Assembly (NCBI RefSeq): GCF_006345805.1
Contig: NC_043007.1
Span: 3,410,001 to 3,474,000 of the forward strand
Length of the DNA: 64,000 bases
Source of the DNA: Octopus sinensis
Lineage: Eukaryota
Reading direction: 5' to 3'
Below, in pieces: positions 53,451-64,000 of the stretch. The translations under genes were made by a program, and so were the position numbers. The notes under the pieces were generated by a model, which saw only the letters and a program-made list of their open reading frames with translations, was not told the DNA's origin and did not search any database. The first letter of the stretch is position 1. Each line of letters opens with the position of its first letter.

Positions 53451-54631
53451 TCAGTTCTTGTGGTGTACACTTTTTTAATCGGATGGATATTAATGCTCAT
53501 TAGGAGAAAATATTCATTATAATGAATCAACATATAATTCAAAACACTAATGCAGTGGGGAGAGTGGGGTTGGGTGACCCCTGTCATTTGACGACCTCTT
53601 GACCCTGTATAAATTTCTATTGTAGGCAAGTTGGTATAATTATAGACAGCTGATATGCGACGTACAAATATCCAAATATCCAAAGCAGCATCCATTCATT
53701 TGCAGAAAGTAGATTCGATCTACAGACCTCTGGGTTATGGGCCCAGCATGATGCTTTCACTACGGCGCTCAGCTCAACGACTGATTAAGCAAATCCATAA
53801 TGTATCATTTCTTTTATTGTCTGCGTCGGTTACATTACTTTTATTACAACGTCTATCATGTGCTATTTATTTGTTATTTATTTATTTCAATATATTGGAC
53901 CGTGTCGAATATACGAAATATGATAACACCAACACAGGCTACAGCACTGGCGTATCAATTTACTTAGAGAAAGGCGACATTTCACTCTGCTAATATTCGT
54001 AGAATCACATTTGACAAACCCCATGCATAGATCTACGAGCAATAAACTTTTCTCGGTGTCTCTTCATTTACCGTTTTCCTATCAGCCAGAGGCAAATCAA
54101 TGCAATAACTTTTTTCCCCCGAGTTTGCCAGTCTAATGTACTTAAAATGATATTTCGTTGTATTAGTGATAATAGCATAACAGAAATGTACCCAGAATAG
54201 GAGCAGAAAATTACATTTGTACTTAATCAGAGACGCCATCTGCATGAAGATTTAATGGTTAAGTATCAATGGGAATATTATTGTTTTGTCAATTTTATTC
54301 CTTATTTATATGTTGTTGTTGTTTTTATGCTTTTTCTTCTAATTAACATTTGTGCGATTTTAATAACATCTTAAATGTTGAAAATAATGGAATTAATTGA
54401 AAACTTAACATCTATTCATTCTAGCACACACAGACACAGACACACACACACACAACAACAACAACAACAACAACAGAAAGCACAAACATTCTGGAAGTAT
54501 GAAAACCAATTCCTCTCACACTGGAATGTTGCACATAGAAGCATCACCGGCGTAATATATAATATACACACATATATACATACACATACATATACATATA
54601 TATATATACATATTTATATATATATATATAT

Positions 54632-54704
<73 letters not shown>

Positions 54705-54708
54705 TTCT

Positions 54709-55088
54709 TAGCACTCTGTCGGTTACGACGATGAGGGTTCCGGTTGATCCGAATCAATGGAACAGCCTGCTCGTGAAATTAACGTGTAAGTGGCTGAGCA
54801 CGCCACAGACACGTGCACCCTTAACGTAGTTCTCGGGGATATTCAGCGTGACACAGAGAGTAACAAGGCCGGCCCCTTGAAATACAGGTACAACAGAAAC
54901 AGGAAGTAAGAGTGAGAGAAAGTTGTGGTGAAAGAGTACAGCAGGGATCACCACCATCCCTGCCGGAGCCTCGTGGAGCTTTTAAGTGTTTTCGCTCAAT
55001 AAACACTCACAACGCCCGGTGTGGGAATCGAAACCGCGATCCTATGACCGCGAGTCCGCTGCCTTAACCACTGGGCCATTGCGCCTCC
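54709..55088 (-). mobile_element. SINE family A, full length
   Basis: Reverse complement of 382-762. Confidence 0.92.
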
Positions 55089-55365
55089 ACATATATATAT
55101 ATATATATATACATACATACATATGTATATATATATATATATATAATATATATACATACATACATACATATGTATATATATATGTACTTTATATGTATGT
55201 GTGTCTGTGTATGTGCGTGTGTCTGTCTGTCTTTGTGTCTGTGTGTGTCTGCGGCTGTATGTGTCTGTGTAATGGATTATAATCCTTAAAAGTTTTTTAA
55301 TAAAACACGTCCCACTTGGAATTAAGAATATACCAGTTGTTCTCCAGTCTTCTGTTTTAGTGTAT

Positions 55366-55426
<61 letters not shown>

Positions 55427-55497
55427 TGTATTCAGAGAAGAGAGAAATACATACCTTCTTATATACATATTTATGTATATGTGTGCATCTATGTATA

Positions 55498-55524
55498 TAT
55501 GATGATGGTAATGATGATGATGAC

Positions 55525-55562
<38 letters not shown>

Positions 55563-55603
55563 CGCTGACGAAGGTGGTGACGATGGTAATGATGGTGATG
55601 ATG

Positions 55604-55635
<32 letters not shown>

Positions 55636-55772
55636 GATGATGATGATGATGACGATGATGATGACGACGATGATGATGATGGTGATGGTGATGATGATGA
55701 CGATGATGATGACGACGATGATGATGATGGTGATGGTGATGATGATGATGATGATGATGATGATGGTGATGG

Positions 55773-55812
<40 letters not shown>

Positions 55813-55845
55813 AACGATGATGATGACGATGATGATGACGATGAA
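55498..55845. repeat. (GAT)n microsatellite with GGT/GAC variants
   Basis: Direct reading. Confidence 0.95.
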
Positions 55846-57480
55846 GAATCGTGTCGCTGTTTGCAGGTTTTCAACGGAATAATTAGTAGTTGAATGCATT
55901 AACGATGACGTGGACACCACAGTCTGTGCAACTCAAGCTGATGAAGATCACACAAGGGATTTCTAGTTGAAGACACCCCGTTTGTTGGTTTCCTCGCCAA
56001 TAACCACTTCTTTCGCCAATATAAATCACTGTAAGTTACATACAAGCATAATACACACGCGCGCACACGTATTTAATTTGATTGAAAACTGAAAAAAGAG
56101 TATACAATTGCGAGTAATTCTGATCTTTGGAAATTACAGAGAAAACTTCTGACATATTTCAGGTTTATTCCTCAGTGAAGCATAGTTGCTTGCAATCGAA
56201 ACGCTTTAGAATTACTAAAAGGACAAATAGTTTGGATGAAAATCATATATTCACTGGTTCAACATTTTAGTGATACAAGAAATTTTTCTAGGGTTGCCTT
56301 CTGCATGAAGAGCATATAGTTAAGTGAGATTTGGCTGCAATAATATAGTGAACCAAAAGATGTTTAATCACTTAAATTTATTTGTGTAATGGAGAGAAAA
56401 CTTAATAGGGTTATCGATAATTCTTGCTTGGATAGGCAAACAAAAGGCCTAGTTCTGTTAAACATGATACTTAAGAGAACAAAAAAAAATTTGAATGGAT
56501 CTTTTATTGGTGGGTTTGTGAGTCATCTCATGAAAGTCATTGCATTTAATTACGGCTTTATTTTCTACATTTTTTCATTCCTCTCTATTCGTCGCGAATA
56601 GTATTCACGACATCTTCATTATTTTACTGTTATTACTGAGACACCCAATAATGAAATAGATTACAGCAGTTTGTTTTTCTAAGAGATCACTTTGATAGGG
56701 TTTTAAATACATTTTCTTCTGCTACTAATTTGTTTGCATTCTTTTGGTTTCTTTTGATAGGAAATCCGCACATATACTGTATCAACGAAGCAGATTTAAC
56801 TGCAGATTTGCTTCTAACACACAATCTGTATAACGGTGGCTAAGAGAATATCTTGAAGGAACAAGAACGATTTCTAACCATAATACGTTGCGGCTTAATA
56901 TAATCAGGAAGATTAGTGTGCCAACATAAACAGCAAAACAATATAATAGCTACACTGAAGCATTCATTAAAGATTAAGGAAAGTTGTATAATGAAAAAGT
57001 TAGCATGAATACGAACATATGTCGTTGACATTCTACAAACCATACACGCGTATATTTCACGAACAAATTAACATACCAAACTGATTTTGTAAGGTGCGGA
57101 CAAATTGTGTAATCAATGATGGAAACATCTACTTCAATTAATATTGGAGACCTACTGTTTAGTTAAACATAATACATAAACTGTGCACAAGTTGTTTGTT
57201 TCAATCAATTCCTCAAAGACGATTGTAAAACTAGTCAGTCTGTGACTAATGAACAAATAGGTGGAAAGAAGGAAGTGTGGGGATGTACTGAACAATTTCT
57301 AATTAATTAAGATGTGCTGCCTATTGTTAAGGAAAGACGTGTTACAGTATGATTTGGTGACAGAAATGTTTGGTGTAATGTCCTACTCCTTGTTTTTGAA
57401 ACACTGTATTTGACAAAGGAGGACCTTGCTGATCCAATGACTGCTATTAAAATGCTTACAAAAGAAACGCCAAGTATTTG

Positions 57481-57854
57481 TGGCCATGCTGGAGCACCGT
57501 CTTTTAGTCGAGAAAATTGACACCAGGACTTATTCTTTGTAAGCCTAGTACTTATTCTATCGGTCTCTTTTTACCGAACTGCTATGTTACGGGGACGTAA
57601 ACACACTAGCATCGGTTGTCAAGCGATATTGGGGGGACAAACACAGACACACAAACACACATATACATATATATATATATATATATATACACGACGGGCT
57701 TCTTTCAGTTTCCGTCTACCAAATCCACTCATAAGGCTTTGGTCGGCCCGAGGCTATAGTAGAAGACACTTGCCCAAAGTCCCACGCAGTGGGACTGAAC
57801 CCGGAACCATGTGGTTGGTAAGTAAGCTACTTACCACATACACACTCCTGCGCC
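57481..57854 (-). mobile_element. SINE family B
   Basis: Family match. Confidence 0.9.
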
Positions 57855-58609
57855 TTTCTACAAACTCATCCATATTCTACAAAGCCCAACAACTGCCTTT
57901 AACATTTTCATCGTTCAAAGACAATATTGCAGAAAATGTCTGTCTGTGGTTTTATATTCATGCAAAATTTAATATCATTTTATATTTTATTTTATAAAAA
58001 TCCACTCGTAAAAAACTAGGGTCTGCAACAGCAATAAAACACCAATGATGATGGCCGAAAGGTTTGCACTGGAAAGACTTATAATGCTGAAAAGCAGCTG
58101 GATCCAAAAGCTTTTATTACAGCTGATGTAAGATTGCTTACGGGGCAGATCTCGGAAACTTGAGAATGGTGGCAGAGAGTACAACCTGTCTTGAAATTGT
58201 AGACAATACACTGTCGCTTTTCAAAAGTCATACTTTTGAAATTCCAGACCAGGAGATGACGACGAAATGTTCGCACATTTGTAGAAGATAATTCGGATAC
58301 GATTAGCATCTATTCGATGTCATTAGGACATTACCTTCCTATGCAGAAAGCTAGCGACGCTGCTTCTAAAACAATATACAATTATCTTCAAAGAAAGAAT
58401 TGGATTGTTGTGAATGTCCATGTATTCCAAGATAAGGAATATTAATAAAATATTCCCATTAAAATAGTCCCTAAATGCAAAGCAACAAACCCCTGAATAA
58501 TAGTTTCGTACAGAAAAAAAAGATGATTTACTTTTGTGCAGCTAAGCTCCCAGCAAATGACGTCATTGAATCGGTAAAAAAATTATTTATGGATAACTAT
58601 ATCAGTGGA

Positions 58610-58766
58610 ATTCCAACCGTTTCGTGGTTTGCTACCTCAACAGCTCCTTTATAGGATCCAGTCGCTAAAGACATCATCAGGAGAAACTACGTTCGGTTTC
58701 AGCCCTAATCCTCTACCGTTTCCGACATGGCGGGACCCCTTCTTTCGGAGGTGTCTTCAGCTCTGG
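58610..58766 (-). ncRNA. Two consecutive hammerhead-core-like motifs
   Basis: Minus strand CTGAAGA...GAAACGGTA-GAGGA...TTCTC-CTGATGA...GAAACGGTT. Stem II pairing is poor. Confidence 0.35.
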
Positions 58767-60141
58767 TGTTGGGTGCATTTCATCTGGTCCCTGCATCACA
58801 TCACGACCGTCAGTACACTTATATCTCTACTTATTTACATCGTAAACTAAAAGATTTGAGATTTTCAAGAAACATTAAATATATATATATTCTGCAAAGT
58901 TTATCTGTAAGCTGAGCACTGAACTAATATTTTATTAGAATTCACATGCGATATTTTAATTTTTGTTTCATACTTAGAAGCCAGCCTCTTTCTCATATAT
59001 AGATTTTAAAAATAAAACGAGAAATTAAGATTACATGCAAATATGAATATCTTCATGGATGTTATATGTTAATATGTTAATATGTGCAAATTTATTTACA
59101 CACGCAGCTTCTTTATCATTCGAGTTGATTTTTTACTTCAAGCATTTTCTGGCGTGAAAAATGTAAAAACTGACGGGGTGGGGTCTGATCAATAAGATAT
59201 CTCTAATTTCAATTAGAAATTCAGAATTCAAGCGGGTTAATTTCGTTCAGCTAACATTGACATGAAGACCTTTCAATGGCTTGCATGTCCTCATGAATGG
59301 ATGTGCTTGTAATATTCGGTTCCAGAATTCTCTTGTCATTAATTGATAACATCCAAGTATTGCTTATCTCAGTGACATGGAAGACATATCCCGGTTGAAG
59401 GGGTTTATTTCTAAGACGATATTTGCTATATGGATTTCTTTGATTTTTGAGACGTAGATCATTTTGCTGGTTATCGCTTAGTGGTGAAGTGTCTTAGATT
59501 AGTTGCATGCCAGGTTCCTTTCATATGAAAAGTAAGTTTATTTCCTTTCCTTGCCTACTTCATAGAAATATCATGCTAACAAAATGTTTTAGCATGCATC
59601 CAATTACATCAACACGTAACTGGAATAATTAGAAATTGTTAGATGCATATCAATATATGCGGGTTACCTTGCTCCGCTGAGCATTAACAGAAGTAGCATG
59701 TCCCTCCTGCAAATGTAAAATGGTTCACCAATTATCTTTGAAGCAAGCTAAATACATGCAGAGATGGAAATGTTGAGCAAAAGGAAAAAAGATCAAAATG
59801 TATAAATTCAATATGGGAAGAAAGAGTCAGGAATCGAGTGTGGTGTAGCCACAGCAGTCCCTCAGCAAGAGTTAAACGCAAAGGGAGCAGAAAGGGAAGT
59901 TCGTTTCACATTTTTATGGGCTAAATTCAAACTTTGTTGAAATTTGTTACTCTATTCTTTCTCCTAAAGTTCATGAAATAAAGAAGCATTTAAACATTTA
60001 AGCACTGTGTCGGTCTAATCAAAAATATCCGCCCACTCCCCAAAAATGTTGCTTTCGGCTTGAGTTATAACATTTGAAGTCTTCTTCAAATTATCTCATC
60101 TCTCTCTCTCTCTCTCTCTCTCTCTATGCGCATACACACGC

Positions 60142-60178
<37 letters not shown>

Positions 60179-60287
60179 AAATCTTTTTCTATATTTCAGT
60201 ATTTTATTTATATATAAATCCAATTATAAAAATTATATATATATATATATATAATACTACACCAAGGATTTTCTATTCTTATTCTAC

Positions 60288-60364
<77 letters not shown>

Positions 60365-60410
60365 ATATATATATATTATATATAATATATACATACATAT
60401 ATATATACAT

Positions 60411-60466
<56 letters not shown>

Positions 60467-60469
60467 TAC

Positions 60470-60587
<118 letters not shown>

Positions 60588-60613
60588 CATACATATATAT
60601 ATATAACAAATGG

Positions 60614-60941
60614 TAGAGAGGGAAAATAGGAAGTACGAGAAACTTTTGGGCTCGCAACTATCATTCTGGCGCATCCGGCATCGATCCCTCGCGGTTGTGG
60701 TTCATCCCTCGGTTTAGACATAATGTCACTAACAGCATGCTGTATTACAACCGACCGAAACAGAGTTTATTTAACGAGACACCCTTTATAACATCACTTG
60801 AGGAGACGTGTGTGTCTGCACCAAGGGATGCACCATAACCAGTTGTAGAGTATCCTGACCTGTGAGGGATCGATGCCGGATGGGTCGAAATGATCGTGGC
60901 GAGCAATAAAGTGTTTTCGTAAATTCCATTTGCCGTCTCTA
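60614..60941. mobile_element. Degenerate MITE-like element with ~85-bp imperfect TIRs
   Basis: CATCCGGCATCGATCCCTC (left) versus GAGGGATCGATGCCGGATG (right). Similarity extends out to TAGAGA...TCTCTA. No TSD was seen. Confidence 0.6.
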
Positions 60942-61099
60942 TAATTTGTTATGTACTCAAAGTACATTGAGGTGTTACTGAGGTAGATCTAGCGACAATT
61001 GTATGAATACCGTGGATGACGTCGGGTAGTCATTGGCTATATATATATACTTGTGTGTATATATATATGTGTGTGTTTATGTGTGTGTTTGTGCGCGCA

Positions 61100-61235
61100 T
61101 ATATCAACAGTTTCCGGCTCCTCGTAATGTTTGGGTTGATTCGAGGCTTTAAAAAATGGCATTTGCTTCTGATGCCACGCAGTAGGATTGAACCCAGGAC
61201 CCTGTGTTAGCAAGGCGAACGTTTTAAACATTCAA
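61100..61235 (-). mobile_element. Old SINE B 5' fragment
   Basis: GATGCCACGCAGTAGGATTGAACCCAGGACC resembles the reverse B head. Confidence 0.5.
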
Positions 61236-61288
61236 CCTCACCCTATATATACACAGACTGACACACATATAAATATAGGTGTGTGCAT

Positions 61289-61332
<44 letters not shown>

Positions 61333-62288
61333 TTATACGCATACACCCACCTATATATATATGCGAATATATGTGTGTGTTGTTTGTGTGTGTGTGTGTG
61401 TAATTTAATAAGATATATATAATACAGCGTATGTATGAGAAATTATTCTGCCTCCTCTATCAAAAGAAAGATTAACCAACAAATTAATTATGATGTCTGA
61501 AGCATATAATGAATAAAACATCTTACACTTTTCTAATTAATTTTGTATGTATGTATATTACTTATGTGGTTAATTGATGTATATAAATTCTACCAAGTGT
61601 TGGCAAAAGATATTGGTTCACTTTGACAAATTTCTCTTTCGAGAACTTTCCATTATTTGAAACGAATTGCCCTCGTCATTCGGTAATATGCGCTCCGCTG
61701 AACGTATTAATTACATGTTACCTTACGTAAGATACTCATCCAAGAAGAATCTATCAATGTCTAGATAAACGTGTGTTATTATTTCACATTAACAAAATAC
61801 CGGGATATCAGGATCGAGAGGACATCAGGCAAAATACTTTGCTGCATTTCTTCCGAGTTCGATTCACACTGAGCTCATTTTTTCTTTTCATGTTTCAGGG
61901 TCGAGATGAAGATATCGAGTCTGCCTGCTGCCCGCTCAAAATTGCTAACCCTAACTCTAACCCTAATCCTAACCTTGTGTCTAAATTAGAAATCATTCAT
62001 TACAAGACACCAAATTGGTGAAACCGCTTCTATTAAACAATGCTCTTACAACGCCTTGCCCCAGACATGAAACGAACCCTTGATCTTTCAGTTTGTAGGT
62101 TCTTAAGCAAATCTCTGCCGAACTTTTATTGTTCTTTCTATTAATTTAATAAATTCATTGGTCTTTCTGTATTTGTGCTCAAATCTTGAGAATTTCTCTC
62201 CTTCCAGCTATAATGAATTATTAGATCAAATCGCCCATACGCATCCACCAGAAGTGTATCGTACTCAATCTCAGTTAGAAATGAGTAT

Positions 62289-62426
62289 GACTGGCAGAAA
62301 CGTTAGCACGCCGGGCGAAATGCGTAGCCGTATTTCGTCTGCCGTTACGTTCTGAGTTCAAATTTCGCCGGGGTCGACTTTGCCTTTCATCCTTTCGGGG
62401 TCGATAAATTAAGTACCAGTTACGCA
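62289..62426 (+). mobile_element. SINE family C, 3'-truncated
   Basis: Family match. Confidence 0.88.
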
Positions 62427-62429
62427 TGG

Positions 62430-62975
62430 CCTTTAGTAAACTGAGCGTTTCACTTCCAAGTTTTTTCGAGGAATGCTACACTGGCTGATTTGGGAATTGC
62501 AGAGGAGGTCATCAGGAAGCTAGTTCTTCCTGGGGAGATCACTTCCAACACGTAGGATATTGTTTCCTTCACCATGCAGCACTAAGTTAATGTATTTGTT
62601 GTTTAGTGCCTTCAGAGAGAGACTTTGCCTCATTCGAAGGTTGTCTACACAGATCTCAAGCCTCGACCTCCGTTATCTCTTCTTAGGTAGAGGCTGGCGA
62701 TATCCCTAATTCAGTGAAGGTTTCCAGTTGATGTCGGAATCTTGCGGTTTTAGTATCTATGAAGTGGATTTCTTCTGCAGATCAGTCATACCAAATGTTG
62801 GAATAAGCATTGATACTGAAAATGCATTGTGAAATATTGCCATTTTGTAAGAGAAGAGTTCCGACAGCCGTATTTTTCTAATTCTCGTATAATATTGTTG
62901 GATCACTCCATCTTTATTCACAGTACCTCCGTATGATATATTTTCATCAATGCCAAGGTACCTGTAGAATTTTTG
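62430..62975 (-). pseudogene. Decayed Dong/R4-clade (RLE-type) LINE RT fragment
   Basis: FYRYLGIDENISYGGTVNKDGVIQQYYTRIRKIRLSELFSYKMAIFHNAFSVSMLIPTFG...DIASLYLRRDNGGRGL matches the R4/Dong pattern YKYLG...R.RKI..SEL...LYLPR..GGRGL. Stops and frameshifts are present. Confidence 0.82.
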
Positions 62976-64000
62976 CGTGGGACAGGACAGATAGTGAGAC
63001 TATTCATGCACAGTGTTTGGACCTAGGGGACTGATTTTCCCCGTTCAACAACGACATATGAACATTTATTTTGTCCAAATTCCATTTCTATGTCAGCTTA
63101 AAATGTTGTTACTAATTCCAGCTTTTATTTTTTCTTCTGCATTGTCAATATATTTAGCATCAAGAAATTATCCTCAAATAAATTATTGGTTACATGAATA
63201 TCTCAAGCAGTTGCAGACCCTAGCATGTAACCATTTGATTTTTGTAGCAAGAATGGAATGGAGTTAACGCCAAAATGAAAAGAATTACAGAGACTATCTC
63301 CTTGGAATACTCACTTTGAAGTAATAATGACATATATGCATATATATGTGTGTGTGTATGTATGTATGTATGTATGTATGTATGAATGTGGTGAAAGTAT
63401 GATATACGTTTATTGAAATAATTTTAGCAACGGGCATACAATGTTTTAATGTGTATCGCCAGAAATATTAATTTGAGACTCTACTGCAGGAACAAACTGC
63501 GTTGGAAAGGACGTCTAGCGGCAGGGAATTGAAGCACTATTTCACTACTTCCTTTACGATATATACTATTGTATATATTTTTAATTATGAGCAATCAACC
63601 AGACTTCTGCCGTTAACGACAATACCCAAGCTGCTGTTCATTAATTAATGATGCAAGCTTAAAATCTCAGATATCCTGAACGTATAAAAACGCCGTTCAG
63701 ATCAAATATCAAAGACAATCAATGCGGAAATTGCTTTATTTCCTACCGGAAACCATGCTAATATAGCTAATACTTTGATTAAATTTGAACAGCTTTATGG
63801 TCAGATAATAAGGACATAATTAACAACTCTCTATTTTAGCGCTAACTGCAGAACATTCAGTTGATAACAACGTTCTGGTTCTTTCGGTGAACGGGAAAAT
63901 CATTTCAATAAAATACGAGTTTCAAGACGTTGGTAAAACACCGAAGTCATCTCCAAGCTTTATGGAAGCTGTGATGTAATAGGAAAACGCCCCGACCAGT

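Noticed and set aside
53252-53695. 147-aa non-repetitive ORF as a host gene
   Set aside because: It has no recognisable domain, and the meaningful C2H2 signal is in a different frame
58020-58330. Possible coding remnant
   Set aside because: The plus-strand frames I translated are interrupted and show no recognisable motif
61945-61974. Interstitial telomere (CCCTAA)n
   Set aside because: Only about 5 degenerate units, which is common inside dispersed repeats
61899-62020. Host exon after a polypyrimidine-AG
   Set aside because: The translation runs through telomere-like words, and there is no partner exon or known domain

Overview
AT-rich, microsatellite-saturated eukaryotic DNA whose repeat content resembles a coleoid cephalopod, probably Octopus (an inference from the repeat families). 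I could not support any intact host protein-coding exon, so the window is probably intergenic or within a large intron. Most long ORFs in the track are artefacts of simple repeats. Recognisable content: (i) several tRNA-headed SINE families (labelled A-D here, plus a Meta-domain-like fragment); (ii) decayed LINE pieces (RTE, CR1/L2-type RT core, Dong/R4-type RT, an ORF1/gag-only CCHC element, and a LINE-like 3' end with C2H2 fingers); (iii) DNA transposon remnants (three mariner derivatives, a hAT MITE with an 8-bp TSD, a hAT dimerisation-domain remnant). The most interesting signals are: short (TA)n-embedded elements carrying non-canonical hammerhead-ribozyme motifs, two of them as asymmetric foldbacks (one with apparently perfect 268-bp arms) that look like inverted Penelope-type pseudo-LTRs; head-to-tail SINE arrays that re-use one exact junction; an ORF1-only retroelement with a multi-hairpin 3' end; and a 356-bp inverted duplication. 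All alignments and folds were done by eye and nothing was searched against a database.
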